64,000 bases of DNA from Octopus sinensis. Its lineage: Eukaryota. The position numbers and the translations under genes are program-made. Shown in pieces: positions 25,441 to 40,575 of the stretch (positions are counted from its first letter, which is position 1; every line of letters starts with the position of its first letter). The notes beneath the pieces are model-generated. The model did not search any database. It saw only the letters and a program-made list of their open reading frames with translations, and was not told the origin of the DNA. The DNA lies in contig NC_043000.1 of the NCBI RefSeq assembly GCF_006345805.1, positions 47,492,001 through 47,556,000 on the forward strand, given 5' to 3'.

Positions 25441-26283
25441 TCGATTCCGTAATAACGAAATGTTAATTTGACTAACACCGGATTTGAAAACACAACAGAA
25501 AGGGCCGTAACTAAACATTGCATTAAAGTTTTCACAGATCTCTAACGGTTCAGCCATTCCTCACCCTTATTAACAAGTAAGAAGTAAGAGGCAGGAGATT
25601 CTACATAATTAGTAACAGTCAATGTCTCCATACTGTAAAAGAAATGTGTGCTTAAGCAGCAATATAACAAAGAAGAACGTAGATTATCTAAACACTGAAT
25701 CAACCATATTTACTACGAATACTTTTGGGACCTTATTTCACCAAGAAGAATTCTTAACTGAGATAAATAAAAGGAAACAAGAAAAAGTGAAAGAGAGAGA
25801 AAGAAATTTTACTTGTGTAGTCTTCATTAGTTCTGGACTAACAGATTTACTGCATATAGAGATAGCAAATTTAATGCCAGCGAACTTGTAAAAGATTTAA
25901 CTATGCAAGATAGAATCAGTACCGTTTATCGCTCGAATGCCGCTGGCATTTATTTATCTACACCAATTGTAGATGAAAAGTAAAAATCAACCCATAACAG
26001 GGTCTTATCTAAAATCTTAATACCAGGCGAGATGACCGAGTAGATACAGAAAATTTGACTTATTGTTCATAGGCTATAAGTTCAAATCCGGTGCAAGTTA
26101 TTTTCTATTGTCAGAGGAGACAGAACACTTTATTCTGCAGTTTTAATTCATTTACTCCTGTGCAGAAATCGTTACTTGATTATTCGTCTCTTATAGATGT
26201 GACTTGCTACCAAGGAACAGATTTATCAGTCATCTGCTCTATTAGGTGAAAGTGGAAATAACTACCACTGTCACCATCGTAAC

Positions 26284-26338
<55 letters not shown>

Positions 26339-26469
26339 GTTCAACTGCTTTATCTAAAAGACAGTCACAACCATTTAAGACCTATTGCAGCTTTTAAGAT
26401 TTATAATCATACCATGAACACATGTAGGCATACAAATATCCTGCCGCTGGACAGGATTTGTATTCGCAG

Positions 26470-26657
26470 CAATTTTGGAAAGAGAAAAGTCGATTACATC
26501 GATCCCACTAGTCAACTGGTAATTGTTTTTATAGACCCTGAAAGGATGAAAGGCCAAGTGGACCTCGGTGGAATTTGAACTCAGAACGTAAAGACGGACA
26601 AAATGCCACTAAGCATCTTGCCCATGTGTTTACGATTCTGCCAGCTAACTACCTTAG
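26470..26657 (-). mobile_element. SINE family B, degenerate
   Basis: GAAAGGATGAAAGGC..GGAATTTGAACTCAGAACG. Confidence 0.7.
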
Positions 26658-27584
26658 CCTCGCTTATTAATTGAAATCAATTAATTTCACTAAGTCTGCT
26701 TCCACTACAACTGCTGGTGCCATTGTGAAATGTAGAAAATATATAATCTAAAAGAATCTCTTCCAGTAATGATATAGATATTGGTCTTTCGTGTTCAGTC
26801 TGAGGAAACCAATATGTAAAGAGGAGAAACAACAATCTCATTTCTCTAAAACGTACTAGGCTAACTTGTGTGTGTATGTGTGTGTGTGTGTGTGTGTAGA
26901 TACACATTTACATATACATATAAACTAAAAGGTTTGTGTCTATGACCTTTGCAGACTCCCGAGTTTAACGGGATTTATGTAGCTAATGTTCTTTGATTGC
27001 AAGTAAAATACGAACAAGAAGGCTGGGAAACAGGATTGACATTTTAAGTGGGGATAGGTTGACAGTATGTGTTGTTGTTTTTTTGTTGTTGTTAAGCAAC
27101 AAGACGGGTAAGGGTGATTAGGTGATGGTCTAGGGCTTAGGGGCGAGAGACCCCAGACCTTGGAAAAAAAACTTTGATCATCTTGTAGTCGATGGCTCTT
27201 CGTTGACGCCCGACACAACTGAGAGGTGGCCCTCGAAGTCTCTGGAAATGGAGATCTCCAGGTTCAAATTCTTGAACGGCTGACAGTATGTGTGGAAAGA
27301 GAAAAGGAGAGGCTTGTGTGTTGGGTAAAACTATGGGTAAATACTGCAAAACTATCAACCAGTTCTCAGACACAACTGTCTCTTTGCTTTTTCTCCTACT
27401 TTTAGTGAAAGAAATAACACAGACAACAATTCTGTGGATCAGCACTTGGAGCATGTCAAGGAGTGGCACGAAGCCAATAAGTCGAGGAAACTGGAGAACC
27501 TTACCAAATGATATTTGCCCACATATACCACAAATAGTTTTCTTGAACTCTGATTTTTATTTCCTGTCGAGAAAATCAAATTTT

Positions 27585-27922
27585 GTATTAAATGAAGGAA
27601 GAAGAATACCAGACAGTAGAATTTTTTCTTTGCAAATTATATTATTGATCTTTTGGTATTTCGACATGAAAAATTGCTCTTTTTAAAGTCTGAAGAAATT
27701 GGCCTCAGAGGGGGAAAGCAATATCTAAGCAAGATTTTAGTTGTAGAATGACATTCTGAGGACAGAAAAGTTATCGTTTTGATTGAATTTTGTTTGTAAT
27801 TTTTCTTCCAAACTTTGAAAAGAGCATTTTTTCATGCCGATAAATCTCAAGATCGGTAGTATAAATTGTTTACATATATTTGAAAATAATTGTTCTGTCT
27901 GGCGTTCTCATTTCATTTAAAT
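27585..27922. repeat. Old imperfect inverted repeat (MITE-like)
   Basis: Arm pairs CCAGACAG/CTGTCTGG and CATGAAAAATTGCTCTTTT/AAAAGAGCATTTTTTCATG. Confidence 0.55.
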
Positions 27923-28720
27923 ATATATAACTGCTTTAATAATGCCCATCAAACCATTTTACGTATTGTTCCGATTATTTATTATCAAAGTTTTAACCGG
28001 GCTCTTGGGTAACTTCATGTAGACATTTTTATGAAGGAAACTAATTGTGCAATTTTGTATTTTCAGAGGGTTTTAAGCAATAATCACGATGCCTTTCTTA
28101 TAGAGATTCACATATAACAGTGATTTACGTAAGTATAGACAATGGTATAAGAGCCCGACGTACCCGGCTTTTTATTTCATTGTCAAAGCTCGGCTGGTGA
28201 GCGAGAGAAACACTAAAAGGATAAGCAAAGAGCCTTTCCATGAAATACTAATTGTACCACACCAAGACAGCTCCAAAGGGAAAGAGATCCATTTGAGAAT
28301 GTTGGGGAGGACAAACAGAAGACAGAAAATCCGAGCTAGGAGAGAGCAGTCATGAACCCACCATTACTAGTTCAACCACTTTAATATATATATAAAGAAA
28401 AGAGAATTTAAATAAACAGAAAATGGAGAAATATTGATGAACAGCAATTGACTTACATCAATTAATATTTATTAATTAACACAAATAGATTGCATCCCAT
28501 CTAACACCTGTTTCTGCTTCTAATGTTGTATGGTAGAGCCATTGATAAGATGTTCTTAGGAGGGATAGGTAATATACCGGTAGTGTAGTGGATACTTCTA
28601 TTCCTTAGACGGGTTTTTAACCTCTAACTTAGCTAACCTATACACACACACTCACACACACACGCACACACACACACACACACACACCACACACAACTAT
28701 ATAAATATATAAATGCCCTT

Positions 28721-28937
28721 TAAGGCGACGAGCTGGTATAATCGTTCGCATGCCGAGCAAAATGCTAAGCGGCATTTCGTCCAACTTTATGTTCTGAGTT
28801 CAAACTCTGCCGAGGTTGACTTCGCCTTTCATCTTTTAGGTGCCGATAAAATAAATACCAGTTGAGCACTGGGATCGATGTAATCGACTTGCCCCTTTCC
28901 CGAAATTACTGGCCTTGTACCAAAATTTGAGACCAAT
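28721..28937 (+). mobile_element. SINE family B
   Basis: AAGGCGACGAGCTGG.. head and conserved body. Confidence 0.75.
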
Positions 28938-28959
28938 ATATATATATATATATATATAT

Positions 28960-29319
28960 ATAACGAATATAAGGGTAGATAATTATTAATTTAAAATTAA
29001 TAAATTTTACCAAGTAGTTTCGGTATGTAAAGAGAATCATTATCGGTAGGAACATTAACAAAGAGTCAAAGAGTCTTTTTATATATAAATATAATTAAGG
29101 GTTCAGCAACAAGTTGCTTAACCACATGCCGAATTTAGACAGTTTATTCCTTTTAACTACAGATATTACTCCTCAGATAACAATACTTGTAACTTCTTTT
29201 GCCTATGTGAGTTACAAATATTATCTGTGGAGTAATATCTGTAGTTAAAAGGAATAAGTTGTATTTGGCTGCTATTTCTAAATTTTCGGTATATGGTGAA
29301 GCAACTTGTTGCTTAACCC

Positions 29320-29330
<11 letters not shown>
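28960..29330. mobile_element. Fold-back remnant F in (TA)n, with Penelope/retrozyme-type termini
   Basis: Palindrome 29090-29327; ends ACCCTTAATTAT(AT)n; homologous to 35471-35790. Confidence 0.6.
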
Positions 29331-29359
<29 letters not shown>

Positions 29360-29916
29360 CACACCTGCATGGAGTTTGAGGGGCTGTAGGAGAGGATCAG
29401 CCATCAAATTCGTCATCGGATCTCGATAGACAACCAAGAGATTTTGGTGCATGCATATATTTATATGTGTATACAAAGATATGTACGTCTCTATGTATTA
29501 ATTTATGTATTAATCTCATTATATGTTATCATCTACAAAAACGTGTTCTCTTTGACATAGCTAACAAGGAATTTATTCGTTATTATAATTCGTTTGAACT
29601 CTAGCAAGAATACTTCATAAAATATCAAACTCTTCCTAACGGTTAATTTGGAACTAATTAGAATATATCTATAACAATTGATTAAAGGAAAATCTATGTT
29701 AATATACATGATCAAATTAATCAATCACGCAATACCATATACATTTTGGTGCGCCGAAAGTAAGTAGCTATACGAATTCTATATATAAAATAGTTTTATA
29801 TTTTACATATTTTTCTATATATAAAATAGTTTTATATTTTACATATATCTTTACTTTGCAGCACATGCATATTGAAAACACTACACACACACATACACAT
29901 TGACACACACACATCC

Positions 29917-30057
<141 letters not shown>

Positions 30058-30444
30058 CAGACACATGCATACATACATATGAATTATGCATTAAGAACTA
30101 CAGCTTTAGTTATTGAAATAAAGAATAATTTAGAAACAGCTTAGAAACACCTGGTTTAATTTCTGTTGGAATATTTACTTGATTTTAATTCCAAAGAGTT
30201 GTTTAGGAACGCATATCATTATCCACACACACACACACTAAAGCACATATAATTAAGCTATCATGTTACATAGTATTCGGAAATGGATACGACGTGTTTT
30301 GAATATAGTTTATAAACTCTGACAGCAATAATAGAACAACACTTTATGCTATATGGCACATTTCACTAAGAAAATATTTTCATCAGAGATATCTCAAACG
30401 AACTATTTCTAGTAGTAGAAATGAAATATATATATGTGTGTGTG

Positions 30445-30517
<73 letters not shown>

Positions 30518-30665
30518 AAATGTAAAAAAATATAAACTGGGACAAGAACGTGAAACATTTAGAAGACGATACAAAAAACACGGACGGGACATTCAAAGCC
30601 TTCAATCTTCAGTCAAGAACCGGATCATCTTCGCAATTTCGGCTGATTAATCTTATATATATATA

Positions 30666-31130
30666 CAGGCTGCGTAAGGTATTTGAGGACAGATTTATGT
30701 TTATAAAAATGACAGTTATATAATAACAGCTTTATTCATCAAAAAATGCTATGAAGATAAAAATAAACCTTGTTTTCTATAATGTTATTCAATAAAGCCA
30801 CCTTCAACTTCAACAACTGCTTCTATACGAGATCTAAATCATCTACATGCTCGAATCAAGTGATCTTGAACTTTAACTATGGCAACGCTCCACTCATAAT
30901 AGTCCAATCGAGTGAGATCTGGGGAATTAAGAGGTCAAATATTAGGCGTTATGTAATCATGAAAATTTTCAACCATCCATTCCTGAGTTACTATAGCCAT
31001 GTGTGATAGTACAGAGTCTTTCTGAAACTCATATGGCCTTCCAATGCAAATACTGTCTATCCAGGGCTGAGCAATTATTTCCAGGACCTCAATGTAGGTG
31101 GCAGAGTTAACTCAAAGGCCTTATGGAATG
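30666..31130 (-). mobile_element. Tc1/mariner (maT/DD37D-like) transposase 3' remnant
   Basis: Minus-strand remnants GRPYEFQKDS and *PLNSPDLT (compare FQQD.AP.H and WPPNSPDLNP); TA-CAG terminus. Confidence 0.6.
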
Positions 31131-32410
31131 ACGTAATATATATATACATGCATACATAAATACATACATAAATACACACACACATATGTCAGCAAACAAA
31201 TGAAAGGAATTAGCGTTCAATATATTTGGTTAAAGTTCTATGTATATAATAACAGTCTTTAGACTCTAGTCTGCGCAGGACATGTCAATATCATCAGATG
31301 TTTGGAATCATCATGAAGAGAATTTAAAAGAAATTTAAAATGGCATCTAGTTGAGAAAATATTTAAGTCTCTATTGGTCAGTTCAGGTCTTGAGAAGGGG
31401 CAAGCACAATGTTGGCGTCGCTTTGCTGACATTTTTCAAGATGTGATATTTCATCGATATCACCACTTTGCAATGAATATTGCACGAAGTTGGACAGATT
31501 AGATTTTTCTGTAAGATAATCGTAATTCTATATAATGTCACATTCCAAAATAACCAATTTGATATTATGGGTTTACATTGATTTCGCTTGAGCAGCCATA
31601 AATTTCTTCGTGCACCAGGATGTATAGAACTCACCGTTGTGTGGGCCAGTTAGGCCTAGGATCGTGTATCCTGTTTATCAATGGTCAATATTATGAAGTT
31701 CATTAACAGGGCGTACTTCTGTTGGCAACAAAAATATTGATCATTTTACAGTTGATGGATAATGCGTGAGTGTGGATTATGTGCAGTTTCTTAGAGTCGG
31801 AATTCGTAATTACAAATCCTTCTCTATGTAATGTTGGGGAAGTCGTTTCCATATCCATAGGATCTCCAGATGAAGAGGAGCAAGCAGGTGAAGTATTCCT
31901 ATCGCTAAACCGAATGGAGTATTTAGTTACATATATCTTCCTCAAAAATTAATTTGCTATAGTGTCTCTTGATATCATCGAATAGTATGAGTCAAACATA
32001 GGCCACAGACTTTCCGATTCAAACACTTTCCAGTTGACAGCTATTGGTTAACACGTAGGATGAAGACAACGTGGGTGTGTGTTTGCGTCTGATGTAGCTT
32101 GCAATGTTTGTTATTATCAAGTACTGCGTCTGTTATAGCGTGTATTCTATGCTTAGATATCATCTAACCATTAATAGCTGACATTGACGTTATGGGAATA
32201 AAAGATGTAAACGGTATCTATGGCCTCCTAGGAAATGCTTTATAATTTGCTTCAGGAAGGTCCTAATTATAGTAGCAGAAACATTTAGAGTGAATAGAGA
32301 TTAAACCACATCACATTTTTATTTGTAATTCTCGTCATATCTCATGATGTACACCTGCCATACGCCCACGGGAAGTTAAATAATGCAGAGACTAATCAAA
32401 ACTAAACTGG

Positions 32411-32615
32411 TTTCAAATTTTGGCACAAGGCCAGCATTTTCGGGGGAGGGGTAAGTCAATTTTAACGACCCGAAACTGGTACATATTTTAGCGACCCTGA
32501 AAGGATGAAAGACAAAAGCAACCTTAGCAGAATTTGAACTCCGAACGTATGAACTGGTGAAATGCCACTAAGCATTTTGCCCGGCATGCTAACGATTCTG
32601 CCATCTCACCGTCTT
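32411..32615 (-). mobile_element. SINE family B, degenerate
   Basis: Similarity to the other family B copies. Confidence 0.65.
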
Positions 32616-32788
32616 AATAATAAATCAAAATAATGTTAAAAATAAAGATGTACTCATACGTGTATGTGACTGGTGCTAATGTATAAACCACAGTAAAACA
32701 CTAGGTATAGATATAAATTTATACAAGTATATTTAGCCACGCATACTACCAATGGTATATTTATATATATATATATATATATATAAAG

Positions 32789-33107
32789 ACTCCGCCGGTT
32801 ACGACGACGAGGGTCCCAGCTGATACGATCAACGGAACAGCTTGCTCGTGAAATTAACGTGCAAATGGCTGAGCATTCCACAGACACGTGTACCCTTAAC
32901 GTAGTTCTCGGGGATAATCAGCGTGACACAGAGAGTGACAAGGCTGACCCTTTGAAATACAAGTACAACTCATTTTTGCCAGCTGAGTGGACTGGAGCAA
33001 CGTGAAATAAAGTGTCTTGCTCAAGGACACAACGCGTCGCCGGGAATCGAACTCACAACCTTACGATCATGAGCCGAATGCCCTAACCACTAAGCCACGC
33101 GCCCTCA
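32789..33107 (-). mobile_element. SINE with family D head and CORE-like domain plus family C tail
   Basis: The head resembles the 14392 copy. The tail AAGGGTACACGTGTCTGTGG..CCCTCGTCGTCGTAACCG matches the 58053 copy. Confidence 0.8.
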
Positions 33108-33134
33108 CTTCGTATATTTATATAATGACACATA

Positions 33135-34400
33135 CGAGAGGTGCTGAAAAGTTCCTGGCTTTAAGGGTATCACGAAAGGGTAGAGCTGTTACCATTACAG
33201 AGGAGGTAGGATAGCTGTTTAGGAGAAGATATGCAAAAAAATAATGATGATATACATTATAGTTTTTTTTTTTGCAGATTTAACGCATGATGACAGCTCC
33301 TACAGTGGATTTTGGTAAAATTGAAGCACAAACGGTCATGAACTTCCTCATTTTGCAAGGCAAAGAGCGACTGAAATCCATGGAGTTATAAAGGAAGTCT
33401 TGAAGTATGGGTTCCTATCTTACTCTACAGTGAAACCCTGGGTTTCAAGGTTTAGGGTCGGTCATTTCGGGGTCGCATATGAACCCAGGTCAGGGCTGCC
33501 AACTTCAGCGACCAGAGAGGACAAAGCCGACTCTGTGCACGTCATGATTTTCAAGGATCGCTGGATTTTAGCTAAAGTCATAGCTGAGACTCTGGTTATT
33601 TCCAGTGAAAGAGTCGGCCGCATCATACACAACATTGTGGACATGAGAAAGCTTCCAACAAAATGAGTGCCGAAATACCTGAACGCAAATTAGAAGCGCC
33701 TCAGAATGACGACATCATAGGCGATTTTGGACCGGTTTTCACTGGGGGGAGGTCGATTTTATGGCTAGTTTAGTCGCCATGGATGGAACTTGGCTTCATC
33801 ATTACGATCCTTAGACCAAGCAACAAGCAATTGAATGGCATCACAGCGGTTCATCGCGGTCTAAAAAGTTTCGGACCCAGAGTCAGCTGGAAAGATTTTG
33901 GTTTCAATGTTCTGGAACTAAGACTGAGTTCTCATAAAATACATATCAAATTGTCGCAACATCAACGCAGAATAATACAATACTCTATTGGGCGAAATTG
34001 TTAAAGCTTTGAAGCAGAAACACCGTGGGAAACTGTGCCGTAGTCTCCTGTTTTCGCAGGACAATGCACCAGCACACAGTACATGAAAGTATACGGAAAA
34101 TACGCAGCTTTGGCTTCGAATCGGTAGACCACCCACCTTATTCTCCTGACTTGGCCACCTCCGACTGTCACTTCTTTCCACAACTGAAGAAACATCTCAA
34201 GCGAACGAAATCTCTCTCCGATTTGGAAGTGAGCACTGCTCACAGAGATCAGGCTGCAGGCCCAACCTTCCGATTCTTTTTACAGGGCTCAGAAAAACTG
34301 AACGACTTTTGCTATAGTGCGTGAATTTGAGAGCGCTATATGTTCAATAAAATCATATTTAACTGTTCCTTCTCTATTTTCCATTACCCTAAGTCAAGGT
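33135..34400 (+). mobile_element. Decayed mariner transposon
   Basis: TA-CGAGAGGTGCTGAAAAGTTCC terminus; EPRSGLP, *VPK, DGTWLHHYDP, QDNAPAH, HPPYSPDLATSD; interrupted by stops and frameshifts. Confidence 0.88.
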
Positions 34401-34623
34401 ATAAAAATTATTTCTAATGTTAATACAAGGGTTTGAAATTTAGTGGGAGAGGGCTTGTTGATTCTATCAGTGCCAGTACTCGCATTTATTTATTTTATCG
34501 ATCCCGAAATGTTGAAAAGCGAAGACTACCTAGAAGGAATTTGAACTCAGTACGCAAAGAAATACCGCTAGCACTTTGTGTGACACGCTAACGCTTCTGC
34601 CCTATCGTCGACTTTCATATATA

Positions 34624-35400
34624 CTGGGTGTTCAGTCTAAATTTGCTACTTTGCATAAAAAGAAGAAAAGAAAACACAATATCCTAATCAAAAATTAAAA
34701 TATTTAAAAAGTCAAAAATATATCAACTAGATTATGACTGAGAGATAACAGTTTGCTCAAAGTATCCGGAGTCAGCCTTCACCACGGCCTCAAGGCAGGT
34801 TCATAATTTGGCGCATGCTTTCCTTACAATGCCACTGGGAAGATATACAATCACCTTGATTTTGGCTACCAGCTCAGCATCGGTGTTGCAGGGAGAGCCC
34901 TACATATAGTAATATATAGTATTAGTTGGTCAGAAATTAGACCTGAGGAAGTCATAGAAATTACTTGACAACCACTTCTGACTCTTTCGGAGGTATAGCA
35001 ATAAGCCGAATCCTGCCGCCTTTCAACATCAAGCCCCTCCAGCCAGGGTTTGACCACGCTCAGCAGTTTCACATAGCCACCTAGACCGAGACCAAGATCC
35101 TGTTCAAAGATGTGAGGATAAATCTGGCATTCAGACGCAATCAGAACGCCAACTGTGTGTCTGCTTGCTGGCCACAGCTTTGTAGTCTCCGTTGCAGCAG
35201 TCAATGCTTGCAGTGTTCACAAGGTATTGAGCAGCAGTCATAATATCGGGATTTTGATACCCGGCACGAATCCTCATGAATAAGGTAACTCACTTCCAAT
35301 ATTCACATGATGTCCAGTGGTCCAGGTCACCTAAATTTTTCTCAGCTACAACTTTCATCTTTATACATTCCAACACCTTTGGGTATTTCTTCATTACATC
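34624..35400 (-). mobile_element. Highly decayed Tc1/mariner (maT-like) remnant
   Basis: VVKPWLE..QDSA.. remnant in ORF 34866..35204; TA-CTGGGTG terminus. Confidence 0.45.
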
Positions 35401-35404
35401 AATT

Positions 35405-35470
<66 letters not shown>

Positions 35471-35472
<2 letters not shown>

Positions 35473-35790
35473 CGGTATATAATTAGGGCTCAGTAAAATA
35501 ATTTACTTGGCCACATACTGAAATTTTTAGAAATAGCAGCCATTTCTACTACTTTAAGAAAAGTTTCCCAGATAGTGTTTACTCAAAAATAATTCACGTA
35601 GATATGGAGGGAAAACAGCAAAATATCCCATGTACAAAGTATGTGGCAAAGTAAATTATTTTACTGAGCCCTAATTATATAACGTAATATTTTCAATATG
35701 CCTTGAATGGTCCTTTTACATACTGAACACTACTTGGTGAAATTAATTAATAATTAATTGATTTTACCCTTTATTATTGATAATATATAT
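35471..35790. mobile_element. Fold-back remnant G in (TA)n, same family as 28960-29330
   Basis: Inverted arms 35476-35519 / 35639-35680; shared CTACTTGGT and TAGAAATAGCAGCC motifs; ACCCTTTATT..(TA)n end. Confidence 0.6.
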
Positions 35791-35797
35791 ATATATA

Positions 35798-36194
35798 CTC
35801 TTTTACTTGTTTCAGTCATTTAACTGTGGCCATGCTGGAGCACTGCCTTTAGTCAAAGAAATCGAGTCCAAGACTTATTCTTTATAAATCTAATACTTAT
35901 TCTATTGGACACTTTTGCCGAAAGGGTAAGTTACGGAGACGCAAACACACCAGCACCGGTTGTCAAGCGACGTTGCGGAGACAAACACAGACACAAAAAC
36001 ATATACACACACACACATATATATATATACATATATACGACGGGCTTCTTTCAGTTTCCGTCTACCAAATCTACTCACAAGGCTTTGGTCGGCCGAAGGC
36101 TATAGTAGAAGACACTTGCCCAAGGTGCCACGCAGTGGGACTGAACCTGGAACCATGTGGTTGGTAAGCAAGCTATTTACCACATAGCCACTCC

Positions 36195-36197
<3 letters not shown>
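35798..36197 (-). mobile_element. Family A SINE, full length
   Basis: Reverse complement of the 13816-14250 type. Confidence 0.85.
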
Positions 36198-36237
<40 letters not shown>

Positions 36238-36249
36238 TGTGTGTGTGTG

Positions 36250-36289
<40 letters not shown>

Positions 36290-37256
36290 ATGAGGGCGCA
36301 TGGCATCGTAATTAGGCTGTTGTACTCACGATCACGAGATCTTGGTTTCAATTTCTAGACCGGATACTGCGTTGTGCTCTTGAGCAAAACACTTCATCTT
36401 AAGTTCTTCTGCTTGTGTAGTCGTTCGGCAAAATAACTGAACACTCATACGTCATTTTCGACGGGAGAGTCCTGCCCTTTATACTTCCTATACCCATCTT
36501 TTTCCCAAATAATATCTTATACTGAACTCTACTGTTTCCCTCTTTTTAACTCCCTCATGTCGTCTCTGGTAAGACTAACTTTCTCTTTATAAATGTCCAA
36601 AAAGTCTACACAGCCTTGGCTTCGTTGTCTCTGCTATTTAACATATTATATACATATATGTATATATACATGCATTATAAACATACACATATATGTGTGT
36701 GTATGTATGTGCGTGTGAGTCGGAGTGTATAGAGAGATGGCGGGGGTCAACAGAATTCATTTTCCATTAACTCCTAATACGTTAAACGAAATAGTACTTG
36801 TATTACTCATCAACATCAATGTTGATGAGTAGTTCACCTCCTCAAGCAAAAACATATATTGTTCACAATATTTAGAAAATATCACTCCTATTAACTCTTT
36901 CTAGTGAGTATAATTGGGAATCCTGAAAATATTGGTAATACCTCTTCTGTGCAGAAAGGATGTATTTAAATATTATTCCTGCACCACCTAAAACTAGAAT
37001 GCAAACAAGTATAGTTTTTGTAAATTAAATTTACGAGATTGAATTCTTCACTATTTTACTTTTGTTGATTTTCTCTATGTCTCTATTTAACTACTTATCT
37101 ATGCTACCGTCTAGCTAACTACTTATGAATATAATTTTCTATTAATATAATATATAAATTCTATGGATGTGCTTATTACTATTTCTAGGTAGTTATGTCT
37201 GACTTCTTTATTTCTCGGTCTCTATCATTCTCCTTTTGGCACTCTTCCGTTTCACT

Positions 37257-37320
<64 letters not shown>

Positions 37321-38059
37321 GACTACTATTTCTGTAATCTAACCTTAGATGTACTAAACACAATCACTGTAGGTTTAAGTTTCTGAACTAATAATATCAT
37401 ATTATGGGATCAAACGTTTCTACAACAAATTATAATTTTCTCAGGGTACTTTAGCGAACTTTTCAGAACATGAGTTACCTTTCCTTTGCTGTTGTAATAT
37501 ATGATGAATAATTTATGTGGCTTTTGTATATGTTGTCCCCCTACTCACACCACTAAAATTTTTATCATTTACTGCTTTGGATAAACTAACAATATTTCAA
37601 CAACTGGTAAAATTCTGTATTTATATATATGCTTATATATGTATTCAATATATTTACATATGCATCTTTTGTATTTAATGTATTAAATATTCTTTGTATA
37701 TCGACCTGCCTAAATTGCTTGTCCGTACACTTACTTCTCTACCCACTCAAGTTTAAACCTCAGGAGAACTACTAAGTGTATTCTGTACTGAGAATATCTG
37801 ATTCTCGTCTATGGTGGGGGAAAGCATTATGGAATTAAAATGAAAGCCCAAGAGCTGATATTGCAGCAAGTCTCCTTTCCCCTAAGGAAATGTAAGTGTT
37901 GTTAGTTTCGTCGCAGTTAAACAGTATTTGAGCGCAGATCACGAAGAGATAAAAAAAAAAGAGTACTGCAAAGAATTGTAATCCTTGCCCTAACGACTCT
38001 ACCAATAAGAATAAATATCTATATGTCTCAAGTACTGCTACAAGAGATATCGTTGTTTC

Positions 38060-38345
38060 ACACACTTTGCGGCATTTTGCCCATCTTTACATTCTAACTT
38101 CAAATTCCGCCGCGGTAGACATTTTCTTTCATACATTTGGGGTCGATAAAATAAGTACCAGCTGAACATAGGAAGTCGGTGTAATCGACTTGTCCCTTCA
38201 CCCGAAATTACTGGCCTTATGCTAAAATCCGAAATCAATATTTCGCAGATTGAGTATTCTTTTTTTTCTTTTATTCTTTTATTTATTTCAGCCATTTGAC
38301 TGCAGCCATGCTGGAGCACCGCCTTTAGTCGAGCAAATCGAAACC
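38060..38345. mobile_element. Family B SINE fragment (+) and family A 3' fragment (-)
   Basis: Similarity to other copies. Confidence 0.6.
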
Positions 38346-40246
38346 CAAGTCTGCATATTTTGGAAGTTAGGTACATAGCTCTGTAATTAATAGGTTCGGT
38401 TCATAACCTCGTGGTTTCATGTTCGATCACTTTGTGCAGCAAGTAGAAGTGTTTTCTATCATTTAATCAAGACTAAACAAATTAAATTTCGTAAAGCCAT
38501 CAGAGGTACCATTTCTATTGCTGTGCTGGTAGAATTAATCTGCCACGCGTATTAAACCTATATACTTCATGTGCGCCTTACATAGAGTCCACATTAACGC
38601 AAGTATCGGGACTCTAGTCTAAAGCTAAATACTTTCCCTTCCCTTCCTTGTTCCAGGCACGAGGCTCTAACAAAAGCTTGTACACCTGCCCTTTCAATTC
38701 CAAAGAATAAAACGATAAATAAACACAAAATCTGAAATTTATTGACTGCATTATCTTTTGAGGAAATATAAGTGAACATCGAATGAGGATTTGAACTCAC
38801 AACTCATATGTTGATAATTAAACAGATTGAAGTGACTCGGTGATTTTGTCTCTACCACACGTGATTAATTTTGAATGAATGCAATCCCAAAAGACAAAGA
38901 AATACCAAAAATAAACAAGCAAGCGAGGACAAAATAAATCAAATATACAAACAATACAAATCGTGCAGTGTTTGTTTCTTCGAGAGTGAATTATTAGAGA
39001 TATCAATAAATCAGCATAAATTAGCATTAATTAGCATAAGATCTGAAATAAATATTACAGTTATATAATGGATTGCTTCTATTGGTTGATGGATGAATTT
39101 TATCTTCAGCTCCAGATTTTTGCCAAGTATAACATTCCAAAATTATCATTCATTTTGGGTTACATTTACTGAAATCTTGCCGATTCTTAAAGTTTTTGTC
39201 ATCATTCATACAATTATTTATTGATAACTTTCTTTAAAATTCTCTCTTTCAATCATAAACAGCATTACTGTCATTAGTGAAGCTGTTTGAGAATGAATAC
39301 ATGTAAAATTTATGATAATGCATTCAATGATCAAATTATCAACTTTAAGTTTTAATGTGGAATTTCTTTAGCCTTATCTAAGAAACACTTTATAGAGTTT
39401 CGGATCTTTTTTCGTCCTTTCAATATTTTCCGTTATAACTTCATTAGTACAACAACAAACATAACAACAACAAAATCTAATTAAAACTCCCTGTTTTATA
39501 TGTCTTTTACACTATTTTGTTAACATCCCCAATTTTGTGTGGGCAGTTGTTTAGCCTCTGATTGGCCTGGTCGATAAAAAGACGTTGGCAACCATAATGG
39601 TACCATCCCACTTTTATTTTTATTTTTCTATTCATTTATTTCATATTTATTTATTTATTTTCTGCAGATTACACTTTCTCGTGTTCTCATGAGTCATTCC
39701 TTTTTTAAGACGATAATATACAGGTTGAAGGATACTTGCCTTCTATTTCAAGCAATTAAAGAGAGTTTTTTTAAGGAATCCTGCTCTGCTTGTGTGCATG
39801 TATATGTTTCTGAGTGTGCAGGCGCATGCGTGCATGAGAAATCACTGTCGTTATAGTATTAGATAGAATGCCTTGGGGTATATGCTTCGGCTCTATTCCT
39901 GTTTTCTCTGACAAAGTTTTCTACCTTAGGCCGATCAAATATCTTGTTAGGCAGATGTGGTAAACGAAGATTGTGGTGAGAGCCTCTGAATATATACCTT
40001 TAATAGATAACAGGTAAATCTCGCTACATACATACATGCATACATACATACATACACAGCCTCGACTGCGGACGACTGTCTTATGGGGTCAGCATTTGTG
40101 AGGGACGTGATGAACTCGGTCGGAGCCAGCTAATATGCAAAACGAACGGTTGGTCACTATAAGCAAGTCATTTGTGCTGGTTGTTCGGCAAAAAATACTG
40201 AACTCATATATACATACATACTTACATACATACATACATTCATACA

Positions 40247-40282
<36 letters not shown>

Positions 40283-40307
40283 TGTATATATATCTTTTAC
40301 TCTTTAC

Positions 40308-40575
40308 TTTTTTACTTGTTTCAGTCATTTGACTGCGGCCAAGTTGGAACACCGCCTTGAGTCGAGCAAATCGGCCCTAGGACTTATTCTTTGTGAGCCT
40401 AGTACTTATTCTATCGGTCAATTTTGACGAACCGCTAAGTTATGGGGAGGTAAACACACCAGCATCGATTGTCAAGCGACATTAGGGGGACAAACACAGA
40501 CACAAAAACATATACACACACATACACGACGAGCTTCTTTGAGTTTCCATCTATCAAATCCACTCACAAGGCCTT
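40308..40575 (-). mobile_element. Family A SINE, 5' truncated
   Basis: Similarity to 35798-36197. Confidence 0.75.
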
